Shown: piece by piece, positions 30,450 through 44,780 of the stretch
Position numbering within the stretch: the stretch's first letter is position 1
Layout: every line of letters begins with the position of its first letter
Source of the DNA: Cycas panzhihuaensis
Taxonomy: Eukaryota > Plantae > Cycadophyta
DNA: 64,000 nt
NCBI GenBank assembly: GCA_023213395.1
Contig: CM041465.1
Location: 125,805,741-125,869,740, forward strand
Direction: 5' to 3'
The notes under the pieces: model-generated
What the model saw: the letters and a program-made list of their open reading frames with translations, nothing else
Databases searched by the model: none
What the model was told of the DNA's origin: nothing
Translations under genes and position numbers: made by a program

Positions 30450-32700
30450 TAAGTTACTTATGAGAACTACTATTGATTCCATTTAGATTATAATTAAAAG
30501 AAGATCAATATCTTATTTAGGGATTAACTTGATGATTCCAATAGCAGAATGTTCCTCCAAACTAGTGACAAAAAATTCTTATTGGTTCATAAGCAAAAAT
30601 ATTACTCAATGATGTCCCCAAAGGCTATGTAAAATCTTGTTATGAGATTGTCTTCTCCTATGGATTTCTCCTTTGTGATTAGCCACAATGCTCCCTCGAG
30701 CCTATGTTTGGATAGAGGTTTGTCAAACTAAAATCACTCTAGTCGACCTTGGTGGGTATCTCATTCGTATAATCAATGAGTATATAAAGTTATCAGTAGT
30801 CATCAGAGGGGAAGCAAAAATGTTAATGAAGTGCTCCATAAATATATCCTGCACTGGCGAAAGGTCCTTAGTTGAGGAGCCACCAATAGATTTAAGCATT
30901 AAAATATGTAAAGTGAGTTGTCTCTTTTGGAGGGAAGAGAAGAAGAATTTGAAGTACAGGTCTCCTCATTTAAGCTAATAAAGGTAAGCTCAATCTTATG
31001 TTCCTCTAGCTTTATTATGCTTACATTTTAGAAACTCTAACATCATAACAAACTCTTGGTTCTAGAGAGAGGATCCAAAGAGAAAGTTTTAAGCTAATGT
31101 TGGATCTCTTAAAGGGCTAGTTTAAATTAAAATTCTCTTTGTCTAAGAATCTTAGCTATCTATTTACTGAAACCCCTCAATCATGTGCATGATCGATAGC
31201 TTTCAATATCTTTCTTACACTAAAGAATCCATTAAACTTCTAAAGAGGGATGAAAAACAATATTCTATACTTGAGTAAAGCCAAAGAAATAATAAGAGTA
31301 GGTCAAAATGAATATGTTGAATTTAAAAACCAAATTATATAGGGGACTTTATGCCAAACCAATTGATCTAGTTAAATTTTATCATATGAAAAGTTGTAGT
31401 GATCTAACGTGCAATAAATTCAGTAGCCCTCTTGCTTTCATTACATCATATGAATCTTGAAACATTAGCTTCTACCAATTGATAATCATAAAGACTCCAA
31501 TGAGATTTGAAAACATATTGCATACAATGGTTATTGGGTGTCAAATATAAAGGGAGACTCTTGATTTCTTCTACTATCTAATAATTAGAAAGATACAAAT
31601 AATATTTAAAAACATAATATATACAATGTTCAAAAGTTGTTAAATATGAAGGGAGTTCCTCAATTTCATTGGTTGACTCTTCTAGCACATTGAAATGGCT
31701 TATAGCCACCTAATAGGCTATTAAGAGACACAATCATAATAAGTTCTATGTAATAGAATGCATATCAAATTTATAAGAAGCATATATACTCATAATTATG
31801 ATTTGAGATTAGACCCAAAATAAACTAGTAATTATTTAAGGTAAGTAATATAACAATAAAATTATCCCACTTGTACCCAAAGGTGATTTAATGAAACAAA
31901 GTTATTAGAGCCCTATATGGCTCAAATAATAGATGAAAGTTTTGAAGCAACAATTTTACATTCCCAAATAACTATAAATTTAGACATATCAACATTTAGT
32001 AATACATATTTTTTAATAATGTATCTTCTTAGAGTGAGGAAGAATCATCATACATTGCATGAAATAATATAAAAGCTCATGAATAGGAGAATAAAAAATG
32101 AGATCAGTTAGGGAATAGAAGAACTTGCCATTTTAGGTTAGGAAAATCTTCTTTCATACAAATGTTAGCTTCAACTAGTGAGGTAAAATAGTTATTTAAG
32201 TTTTCAATAAGTATATCAATAGACCATTTTAGACTCTAACAGGCATCTTATGGAATATAATTGACATGCAAGGAAAATTTATATGTGGATTTAATAAATG
32301 GTTAAGGAGGACTTTATATGGTCATTATAGTTTCTTCTTTTCTAGCTCTAAAACGTAAAGACCACCCATACTTTTCATTGTCTAAGCAAGGAGGCATTTC
32401 TTCAATAATGTTGTTATAATTGGTGGGTTAATGAGGAGTAGGATAGGGGAAGAAGTATGGAAATATGAATGACTTCTTTTAATGTATGTGACACTTCTTA
32501 TTATGGGATTTGAGATTGTGGATGTGCACTAGCAGAGGCATAAATATCAACTTAATATTTATTTAACAAAACATACAAATTGTTCCCTTGATAGATAATG
32601 TGGGGAGGACTTAACCACGACATCCTATGGCCTTCAAGAGAAAGGAAAGATATTTCTTTACACCCTCCATTATCATTGTGTAGATCTTATTTGTATTAAA
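30450..32700 (-). mobile_element. Possible highly degenerate LINE remnant
   Basis: Weak minus-strand motifs in LINE order: SPILL (~32440), KIVASKLSSII (~31940) and RNase H-like GSIVANHKGE (~30680). There are no ORFs and the boundaries are approximate. Confidence 0.3.
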
Positions 32701-33087
32701 CATTAAGATGTCTAGTACTTAGAGTGCTTCTAAAGACCATGAAAAATTACAAATGTCCAAGAGAAGAATGTGATCACAATTATTAGAAATATGAGAGAAT
32801 TAGGCTAAAATTCAAGAAGTAAATGAGAGCAATAATGTAGAGATAATTGTACAATGATTATAAGAAATAATCTTGCATTAAATTATAAATATAGAAAAAG
32901 ATCTAGTCCACTGTCCATACATCAATCAATCAATTAATTAGAATAACACTACTTCTTATTTTAATGAGAATGCGAGGGAATAGTAAATATCAAGGTACAA
33001 CTTACACATATTTGTGTATGTGTAACAATAAGAATATAAATACAACTCTTGAGAGAACTTACTTAATGTGGCATATTGTTTTTGACA

Positions 33088-36000
33088 CCCCCTCACAATG
33101 TATAATTTATTATCTCTTATAAATAAGAGCCTTATGAACCTATCAAACTTCTCATGACTCAAATCCTTAGTGAGAATGTCAAAAAGTTACTCCTCAATTA
33201 GAGAATTCACCAATTCAACTACTCTATTCTACACTTGCTCTCAAGTAAAGTGATGTTATACTTCCACATGCTCTGTGCTAGCAGAGAAGACAATATTATT
33301 CGATAGCTAGATTACACCCTAATTGTCACAAAACAACAATGTAGAAACATCTTGTAGAAGTTTAAAGTGCCCAAGTAGTCTTCTCAGATAGATTGCCTCG
33401 TAAGTAGCTATAATTATTACTTTATTCTCTACTTTTGTAGAGAACAAGGAGATAATAGCTTACTTCTTACTACACTAAGAAATTATACCAAAACTAGATG
33501 CAAACATATATCTTGGTGTAGATTTCTTATTGTCAACATCTTCAACCCAATTTAAGTCTATATGGCCATGTATTCTAAACTCATTATCTCTCTAAAACAA
33601 TAGTCTAAATCTAATAATACCCTTAATATACCTTATTATGCACTTTGTTACCTTTTAGTGAGAGATGGATGGAGCACTCATCATTTATACTAAACTCCAA
33701 TAGCATAATTGATGCCACGCCTAGTATTAGTAAGGTAGATAAGACTACAAACTAGTTGCTTATATAAGATATATTAAAGAGTCTCATCAATAAGTTCCTT
33801 AGTTAATTTTATACTAACTTCTATGGGGGTAGTCATTGACTTTGAATCCTCCATATGGAAATGTTTCAATAGGCTATAAGCATACTTAGACTATAAAACA
33901 AATTTGCTATCACCTTTTTGCTAGAATTTCATGCTAATATAGCAATGTAGAAAGCTAAGAGTAGACATCTCAAATGCTTTATAAAGGTACTTTTTGAAAT
34001 AATTAATCTAAGAAGTGTCACTACCAATGATAATAAGATCATTTATATAGAGAATTATAATAAGTATCTCTCCATTGTTATGTTTAATATATAAACTATG
34101 ATCTGATTCATATCTAGTGAATCTAGAATAGATGAACTAGTCATCAATGTATGAATACCACACTCTCAATGTCTACTTAATCCCATACAAGGCTTTCTTT
34201 AACTAGCATGTAAGACATCATTTACTAAATTGCATAAAGCCTTCAAGTTGTTGTATGTAAATGTCCTCATCAAGAATGCCATTAAGGAAATCACTCTTAA
34301 CATCTATTTAGTGGAGTTTCCAACCAAAATGAGATGTAAGATTAACCAATGTTTGGATGGTAGTCATTTTAGCCATAGGTGCAATGGTCTCCTCAAAGTC
34401 CACACCTTCAATTTATGCATATCCCTTAGCTGCAAGTTAAACTTTGTATCTATCTATGGTAATATTATGTTGATACATCATCTTATATACCCATCTATAA
34501 CCAATAACTTTCTTCCTTAAAGGGAGATCAACATCATTCCAAATGTCATTCTTGAGTATTGAAACTCTTCCTAGATAGTTAACCTCTAATGAGGGCCATC
34601 ATTACCTTTAGTAAATGACTTAAGCTCATCAATGTTTAAGTCATTAGGTATCAAGGCAAAATTGATCTTGCTTTATGTCTAAACACATGCACTAGTGTTA
34701 ATGTCACCAAGTTTAGAACCTTTTATAGTTTGAGCATACCACTTGGCTAACTTTTGATGAGAAGATGAGGAAGATGAAACATATGAAGGAATTTCCTTGC
34801 TCTTTCACTCTTTTACTCAATCTCATCTTTTATTTCTATGCTTTTAGCATCAACATTTATAATAAGGACAATTCCCTCATCACACTCATTAAGCAAAATA
34901 TTCTTACTAATTATAATCTTCTTCTTTGAGGGATCCAAAGCCCTACATGGCTTGGAAGACTCGCTATCCTTAATAAGAATATACGTTTGACAGTTGTCAT
35001 CAAGCTTTTGTCTCTTTATATCAGGTACACAAATAAAAATAGTTTAACAAAAGACTTGAAGATTACAAATAGAAGGTTTTTTACTAGTCCAAGTTTCTTT
35101 AGTATTTATATCTATAATAATTATAGTTAGTCTTCTATTCAAAATCTACATAGTTGTATTCATAACTTCATGTTGAAAACCATTTAAGACATTTTTAGCT
35201 TTTAGCATAAATCTCACCATCATAGCAATGGTGTGGTTCTTCCTCTTAAACATATCATTTTATTATGGTGTATAGGATATGGTTAGTTGCTATTATTTGT
35301 TGTGATCCTTGTAAAAATTGATAAATTTAGAAGATAAGTACTTACCTCTATTGTCACTCTTCATAAACTTGTTCTTCTTCCTAAAGATGTTTTTAGTTTC
35401 AACTTTGAGATCCTTAATCTTTATAAATTCTTTTGATTTATTATTCAAGAGGTAAACTCAAGTTCGCTTGGTGAAGTCATCAATAAATGTCATGAAGGAT
35501 CTCAAGCCTCTAAGTGAGACTAGTAAAAGTGATCCACATAAATTAGAATGAACTAGCCCCAATTTACCCTTATCCCTCAACGTGGTCCTAAAATATTTTT
35601 CTATATGTTTTTTCTTGATTACACATGCATTGCAAATTTTATCATATTTTTGTATAAGAGGGAGATACTACATCACTTTTAACTTATTTAATAGTTTAAT
35701 ATTATGATAATTCAAGTGACTAATAGTTTAATACTATGATAATTCAAGTGACCAAAATAATCATCTTGTAAAGTATTAGAAGTGCTAATAACAAAACTAA
35801 GCTTAGGAATATTAACAAATTTATATAAGCTATTCTTTTTGGTTCCATGGGCTATTACAAAATCACCATCCTTAATTACACATTTAATAGTGTTAAACTC
35901 AACCTTCAACTTAAATTTAGCTATATAATTTATAAAAAGTAAGTTATATCTAAATGATCGTACGTACAGCACATTAGAGATATTGATTTTATGGCCAAGT

Positions 36001-37365
36001 GGATTAAGAATAATTGTACCTTGATTGATTACTTTATGTTGACTATCATGACCTAGTACAATGGTCTAGTTATGACCTTGGGTTTAGTAAATTATTCTTT
36101 AGAAAAAGTGATATGGTTCATGGCATCAAAATCAATGTACAAGGTACTATTACTATTAGAAATAACACTAAACATAAAGACTTTTTTGTCATCTAGGCAG
36201 AAGTATAGCTTTTTTAGCTTTATTTTTATTTGCTTTCTTCTTCTAGTAGTTTTTTTAATAGTGACCTTTCTTATTACAATATGATCACATAACATCCCAT
36301 TTAGGATTGTTATGGCATTCACTCATGATGTAAGAAAGAGGTGGAGTTTATTTAGAAACATTCATTTAGGGCTTCTTTCTAAATTAAGAAGCCATGACCA
36401 TGTTGCTACCACTACTAACACGTCATGTTATACATTCCTCATCATACAAGAGAAGTCTGACAAGCTCCTCCAAAGCAAGTGATTAAGCTCTCTTAGTAAG
36501 ATATAAACTAGTTACGAATATATAATAGTCTTTATGTGGCTATTGAGAGTAATGATCATAACCTCCATATCCTCAACTTTCTCACCTATTGTAATCAACT
36601 AATCTCTAATCTCCTTTAAGTTTTATAATTGTAGGGAGATTGAGTCATCAACAACCATCTTTTATGAATAAAGCAAGTTTTTGATATACAACACTCTAGT
36701 TTTATTCTTGGTTTCATACATCTCTTGAAGTATTTTCCATACATACTTTGATGAAGTCTTCCATTGAAAATGGGTGATGGGTTCTTTAACAACAAAAATC
36801 CCAATGATATATAATGCTTCTTTATCACGATCTTCCTAGTATTCAACATCTTTATTGGTCACAATTGTAATGGTTGGAGTAGATTTAAATATAGTCAAAT
36901 TAGAGGTAATAATAAGTTTCAACTCATTCCTTTCAACTATCTTCATTAATTTTCTAAGTGCTAGAATATTAAAAATCTTAAACTTTCATATTACATAGTT
37001 CTTACCATTAAGTTTATGTGCATCTGGTAAGACATAACTAATAATGTTTACACTAGACATGGTGAAAATTAATCCATATGACCAAGACTACAAGCATAAG
37101 TTTATAAAGAGACTCAATCGTTGTAAGGTCTTTTAAACATTTTGGGCTTATAAAATGAAAGATAAAAAATAAAAAATGATGTTAGAATTTAGAAACATTA
37201 AAAGTAAACAATAAATGGGTGAGTTATAGTGCTTAACTACTTTTTAGAGCTTAAAGCCCTCACTACATGTGACCAATCACTTACAACTTAAGTTATATAC
37301 CTCAAAATAGATTACAATTTACTTTACTATCACTAAAACATTAGTGAAAAAAAAAAGTTAAATAA
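33088..37365 (-). mobile_element. Degenerate Ty1/copia internal region (gag-PR-INT-RT-RH)
   Basis: On minus: gag LNGKNYVI*KFKI from ~37061, GHLNY pre-integrase, LVHSNLCG integrase, ILYINDLII (YVDD) RT, LFCDN..HVEV..DILTK RNase H. PPT GAGGGGG at 33094-33088 is followed by TGTCAA. LTR limits were not resolved. Confidence 0.88.
35689..35752. repeat. 32-bp tandem repeat, two copies (three in the duplicate at 50807-50902)
   Basis: Unit TAATAGTTTAATATTATGATAATTCAAGTGAC. Confidence 0.92.
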
Positions 37366-38826
37366 AAAATCAAATTTATGTTGAAGAATTTTGACTTGTC
37401 ACGGTCGTCGTCACCTAGACATTGCCTACACAACTTTGTGAAGCTCATATGATCAATGTTGATATGATCTAAACCATATTTCTACCTTTATCAATTAATA
37501 TAAAGATTTTAAAGTCTGATCTATATATCCATGGAAGAAATTAGAGGAGAGAACAAGATGAATTTCATGATTTAAGAGTAAGAAATTAGGTTTAGAGGGC
37601 TACCCTGAAATTAGGTTTATGAGTGAGTAAATTTTTCCAATCATGTGTCGAGTACTCTTTGGCCATGAGTACTAGATTTAGATCAAGTGTTTCTAAATTT
37701 GTGAGAGATATAATTTCCAACTAGATTTGTTCATCTTATAACTTTACCATGAGTTTCCTTATTTTTTGTCTGGACTTGCATTCAACATCTATATGTCTTA
37801 TATACTTATGGAAGGAACAATACTTTCTTGTGCTACATGTTGGTCATTGTGTGTATGGTGTAGGTTATGCTTTAGAGAAAGAAGCTATAGTGGATGGTTC
37901 AATAAATGACTTGGGTCAATGTTGTATCTTTTCTTCTATTTTGAGGGTGAGTTGGAAGGCTGCCTCTAATGTTAAAATTGTAAGTAATTAGATCTCTTAT
38001 TAAGAGATACGAGTACACTCCTCCAATGAGTATAACTTTCAAGATATGGATAAGGTCACTGACTTCTAACTTGATGTAAAATTTTAAGAATTCATTAATA
38101 TATTGCTAAGCATATTGTTTAGATAGTTGCTTGATATGTAACCAATGTTTTATGAGTTTATCAAAATATCCAAGTGAATAGAAATGCCCTTTAATGGCTG
38201 TTGTGGAGTTATCCTAAGTAAAAATTGGTTATTGTCTAGAATAGGCTTACTGCCATGTCAAAGCTTATTTTTCCATATGCACCTTGGCTACCATTAGTTT
38301 TTGTTACTCAATTACCTATTGAGTTTTAAAGTAATCTTGATTTAGTCAATTACACAGTCAATTATGTAGCCAATACTTTGACTAGATTTAGTCAATTATA
38401 TAGCCAAAGGATGTAATTGACTAAATCTTTAGTCATTGATTAGTAATGATAGATTTATTCATAAAGATTTAGACTTATTTAGATTTCCATTGATATTGAA
38501 GCATAGTCTATTTCAAATATCTCTAATGTTCTAAGGGGACTAGGACTATTGTATTGCCCTATCTAAAAATTAGTGTAACTAGACACAATGTTACTCTCAT
38601 TTGTATACCCCATGGTTAATCCAGTTAGATTTAGTACACATCCTTTTTAATATAAATTACAATAAATTCAAATTTAGTTTCAAATTTAATGTCATAATAG
38701 GTGACTATAAACTTTGAATGATTAATTGATGGTGATAAATTCTAATAAATGACTTTATTAACAATTAGGCACTACTCTAAACTGAGTTGTCCTAACCAAA
38801 TCTAAGCTCATTTTATCATCCCATTC

Positions 38827-39148
38827 ACATGACCCATAGAGATCAGACCCTAAGAGCTTTGGCGAGAATATGATGGCTATGCTGGGGATATCTGAAGCTT
38901 GGGTTTGACCTTGTTAGAATGTTATATAGGCCATTTCTGCTTCTTGTGCCCCAGCCAACAACCGAATTGGCCTATTGTCATTTTTACTATTTATTTTGGG
39001 GATCCCCCTCCCCACCCCCAATGCTTCTATAAATTTCTAGAGTTTTATTTGTTATTTTCCATAGAAGGACTCACAGAGGAGATGGACGGCTACTTGGCTC
39101 CTCACCCTCCCTTTTCTGAAACAATTCCAACAAGTTTCTCATAAATGA
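38827..39148 (+). pseudogene. MAPKK 3'-third pseudogene fragment (copy B)
   Basis: Collinear with 45406-45731 (AGDI*SLGLTLLECYIGHF..QQPNWP..FGDPP), with a TGG>TGA stop and indels. Confidence 0.92.
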
Positions 39149-39736
39149 ATTATTAAAGTCTATCAATTTTCTTCAGTAAATGAATATTATATACTCCTAA
39201 GATGGTTATAGAATCTAATTCATTCACTCTTTATAAAGGTAGATTCATTAATATTATGTTATTTTCTGTTGTATATTTATATTAAATTTGTTAAAATTTC
39301 ATTATTGTAGAATGAAATTTAATTGTTTATTTTTATATTCTTTCTCTATTTTATTATAATTAGAGATGGAAAATCTCATTTTATTACCAAATTTTCATTT
39401 TACATTATAATTTTATATAGAAATTGAATTCATTGGAAATTAAACCAAATGTTGCATATTAAATCAAAAATCATATGATCATCTCAATAGTTCGAATGAA
39501 GAATACAATTTATCAATATCCAACTAATCATTAATATGCTAACACCATAGATATATTCACTCACAATTCATTTTGTTGTATATGTACATTACTTTGAAGT
39601 CCATTTGCTCTTATTAACTATACCTCATATTAGTTAACTCTAACAGAGCAAATACATGGCTTCTTTACATGAAACCATAGGAAATGTATACTTCTAAATA
39701 TTCTTTATATATTTCATCTTATTTTTGACATAATCA

Positions 39737-39985
<249 letters not shown>

Positions 39986-40189
39986 CTTCGTAAATATATA
40001 CATATAACTTCATATTATTTATTACAAATATTATATAGTTATTCAATTAATTTATAACTATGAAGTTAGAGCTTCTACACTAAGTGGATTAGCTAAGTAA
40101 TAATCTCATTGACTTGCTAACTCAATGTCTAATTTGATTAATATCTTAAATTGCTAACACACATACACGTACACATATATGTTTGTACA

Positions 40190-40217
40190 CATACACACAC
40201 ACACACATATATATATG

Positions 40218-40303
<86 letters not shown>
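40190..40303. repeat. (CA)n(TA)n(GA)n microsatellite
   Basis: About 70 bp of GA repeat at 40233-40303. Confidence 0.95.
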
Positions 40304-40308
<5 letters not shown>

Positions 40309-43300
40309 TAGAATAATCCAACATACCGTGACACATGTCTATGTAAGTGTGAATAAAACACAATGGTAATGCACTGTAGGAAGTTGCATTAATAATTATG
40401 CTTCTCTCACACTTTACGATGTATTGTGTAAGACCATAACATTACATTAAATATTAGATATTTGAAAACTTTAAATACTCCAATAGTTTTTACCTATGAA
40501 TTTGCATCCATTATTTAAGTTGAAGCTTACAACATTCAAATCAAGTTATATCTTTATTGAATTCAACAAGTATAGTAATTGCCCTCAAAATAAAAAATAG
40601 CCTAAGTCAATATGTATTATGTCAGCAACAAAAGCTTGAAGATTTCAATAGCCTCTTTGCCTTATATGGATATTCACCATATATAAGTTGGAAGGGCTAA
40701 ATAAGAGGTAAGACTTAACTTTCACAACTTTATCTCAAGGTAGAAAATTGAATTATATAAGAATCTTCACCCCCTTCAACTATCAATCCTTTCCAAACCT
40801 TGTTAAAGATGGTTATATTACATTGAATAAAAAGAAGAATCTTGACTTCTCATAATGTCATTATCATAGAAACCATCATGCATAGATTTATGGTTTATTT
40901 ATTGTCATGTATGTATAAAAGAAAAGTTAAGGAAATGTGGCATATTATGTTATATATTTCCATTCAACATAATTACTTTATATTTGATAACTTCGTATTA
41001 TTATGATATATAATAACAAATTCAATGATAGAACATTTCTTGATTGGATATAAATGCAAAGCAATGCATAACACATTACAATAAATGTGGTATTAAAAGG
41101 AAAGTATTAGAGAGCACAGGAATATACAGATGACATAAATAAACTTGGTACATACTCAATACCAAAGTTGTTATTATAAAAAACTATCATAACAAAGTTA
41201 CAAATAAACAATTTCATAAAGCTTGCCATCACATATATAAATATAATAAATCATATAAGATTTATTATACAAGTTCATAAAACATTGTTAAAAGACATAA
41301 AAACACAATGCATATACAAAATATATAAAACCATGCCACACCAATACTTAGAAAAGGTGAAAATAACACAGCATTGAAGAAAAGTACAACAGGCAAATAC
41401 AAATATTTTAAAAATTGTAAAATACATTGCATGCAAAATGCATTAAAAAATCAACGGAAATATAAGAAGGACCCTTTGATAGGATAAATATTCTAATGAG
41501 AAAATGTAATTGCAAGGGAAAAGAACAAAAGAAAAGAAAAAGAAAAAGTATGCATCTACCAATTAATAACATTGCCATACATCCTTGTAATAAGCAAACT
41601 CATATTGCATTAAGAACCAAAATACAAAAATATAAATAAATATTACAAGAAAGTGAACATAAAATAATGAAATATATAAATATAACAAACATGAGATAAC
41701 AATTGAATGTAGCATGAATATATTTAAATAGAAAATAAATAGAATACAATAGTAAAAAGAAAAATACAACACATGTATTTAAAAACTTGAAATTGTATCT
41801 TTGTATTGAACAAATGCTTAAAATAATATAAGTGAATAATATTAATAATAATAGCACCACACACACACACACATATTTTGCAAGAAATTTAAAAAGAAAA
41901 AATATAAAGTAAAATTATAATAAATATGAAACAAAATTTTAATAAACCATTTATATTTGTAATATATAATAAATAGAATATAATACTTAAAAAAAAAACT
42001 ATCCACATATGCAAAAACTACAAAGTGGTTCTGCACTTCCATTGAGTTGTGCATTCAATTAACTTCGTCGAGAACTATTTATTCATGTCCATTGGATGAG
42101 AGTAAATATGAAAAAAGAAATTATTTTACTATATTTAGTGTTAAATCATGAGCAATGTCAACGAGGAGTGGCATGAAATATAGATCACATTTTAAATGAC
42201 ACGTATCATGTTGGACCTCATCATTTTAAACTATATTTTGATATTGCGCATTTAGTTATGTTAAACTAATAATAATAAGGTTACTTACATTGAAAATGCT
42301 TCTATTTCAAATTCAACCTTCCTCTAAAAGTGATTTTTACCATGAATAAATAGTACAATCTGAGATTCCTAAGAAAAATATCAATTTCACGTTTTAGTTG
42401 CAACTGCAAATATGGATGTTATTATTCAAATGCCTACTAGTTAACCATCACTTGTTCTTAGCGATATCTCATCTAATAATTTGTAGGCTTGGAGTTATTA
42501 AGTAGGATGCATGCGAAGTAACGCACGTGCTATTAACACTAAAAGTTTAAACCATAAAAATGACTACTTACAGAGTCAGAAGGCTTGACATTTGACTAAT
42601 AATGTTGGGTATCGCACCACTCAATGAGTTGAAATATAAACTGACACTCACTAATTTCTCAGGCTTCCCCAACTTTGTGGAATTGGACCATAGAATTTGT
42701 TTTCATTAAGCTTCTTGTCATAAGCATTTCACTTTCTTAATTCTCAATTCTTTTGAAATAGTTAATTAAGAACCACATTAGAAAGAAATTCAATATTGAT
42801 TAAATATAGAGATAGAGGCTATGTATTACACATACTCCAAGTTTTAAATACTAGAAACATTTGGTGATAATGGACTAGATAGTTGCAAGTTACCCAGATC
42901 TTCGTAGGTAAGCACAACAAAATTAAAATTGAAGTTGATCAATCAATTATAAAGCTAATATTTATTATTGATACATTACTCAAAATTTAAAATTATTTCC
43001 CTCTGATGGGTCTTATTGAGGGGAAAAGAAAAAAAATATATAGAAACTTACAACTTAATGATTGAGTTGTTATCGTTGTACGTTATGTAAAACCATTTTT
43101 TCTCATTTTCTATGAACGTAAATGTTACACTATTATAAAATATTAGTCTTCAAGGGTAGACTATGTAATGAAGAGTGGCAATTGTTCACATCTGGAGAAA
43201 GAATTACTATGCTATAATGAAATATGATGTACAAGCTTAAAAGCAAAGGGTTCTACAAGGAAAAATTGTAAACTTTTGGATGATGGGAATGATCTCAGAC

Positions 43301-44429
43301 CAATGCTACTTTTTTCCTTAAAGAAGAGCCTAGAGTGAAGAGTTATATTATGTTTGTGTTGTCCGTTATCAATTATCACTAAATGTGGTATCCTCGACAA
43401 TATAGTTTTGTAAATAATAGACTTATCTTGAAATTTATTCCCAGAAAGGACAATTGTATATAAAACTCAATCAATTTGTTAATTTTAAATTTGATGCTTT
43501 GTAATATCTTAATCCATATTAAAAGCATTATTCTAATTGATTTCTTTAATTAATGAATGGTTTGGTGTGCACTTTTTATATCTCTATTAATGCAAGTAAT
43601 AAACATGTAGTACTAACATGAACATTATAAATGCCATTTGAATGATATAGACAAACATATATAAGTATTATTATGGTAAACATTGGTCATAAGATGTTAG
43701 AGTTATGGAGATTTTATGATGGATTACCTACTTTGTCTCTTGGAGGAAATGAAAAGCTTTTAGTAATTCATTTGTTTTCTCATTCTTTCCATTGTTAATA
43801 GCACATGCTAATTGATAGAATACTATTGACAAAAATATATGCAAAACTCTGATTAGAATGTTAGAACAATAATTTAACTACTTTCAAATATTTACATTAT
43901 GAAAATAAAGACAAGACCACCCTCTATTTATTTTGTTTATCATTATGTAGTGTATTCACTCACAAATACATATCTCCACCTTACTGTAAAAGGATTATAA
44001 TTTCTTACCAATCAATCTACCTACTAATAACATTTTGAATTGATGGTACCCCTGAACATCAAATTGGAGCCACATGTAAACTTATATAGACATCACTATT
44101 GATAGTACAAAGAAGCTTCCCTATCAAACTTGAAAAAAAAAATGCAACAATAAGAGTGACAAGTTCCACTTTATTCATTTCTATTCTTATTTTATGTGTG
44201 CCCAAACCACATACATTTCCATTGTCTCTAAAAACATGGTCCAATTCAAAGTTTACACACAACAATGTAAAATTTTTGTGTATTAAATAATATTATTTTA
44301 ATCCAATTTCCAAATATTAAAAAAATGTCACAATTGTTGGATTTATACACTCAATGCGCTTGTGAACCAAATATAATACTAATACAATATAAAGAACCCC
44401 AAATTGTCATATACTACTTTTCCAAAACG

Positions 44430-44780
44430 GCAACAGGGTAATTTCGTTGCAGATGCAGCCGTCACGTTTTCAAAAATTTGGTGGACTTTTGATCACGTTG
44501 GGAATGAAATAATCCAATTACGTCGGGCTCCTTCGGGACAGCGGCGACTTGATTAATTAATTAATAATTATTTAAGTGTGTGATTGCATGTGTGAGGCTG
44601 TATCAGACGTACTTCTCCGGCCAGCTTTGGTTTCGATTTGAGCTCTTTCTACGTGCAGGAAAATTTCTGCTTCTACGTGGACTCTACTTGCAGAGGCCGC
44701 CGTCATTTAAAAATCGTCGCGGGTGTTATTTGTAGGTTTGGAAGCTGTGGTGGAGAACCAGGAATACGAGTAGGATAACT
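44430..44780 (+). promoter_or_regulatory. CpG-rich proximal promoter and 5' UTR of the MAPKK gene
   Basis: Abrupt CpG enrichment; six ACGT cores (44464, 44495, 44520, 44607, 44651, 44675); GCCGCC at 44696-44701; TATA-like TTTAAAA at ~44706. Confidence 0.6.

Noticed and set aside
41563-42054. Hydrophobic minus-strand ORFs in the spacers (also 47402-47594)
   Set aside because: Products of A-rich low-complexity sequence; the frames are not conserved among the three spacer copies.
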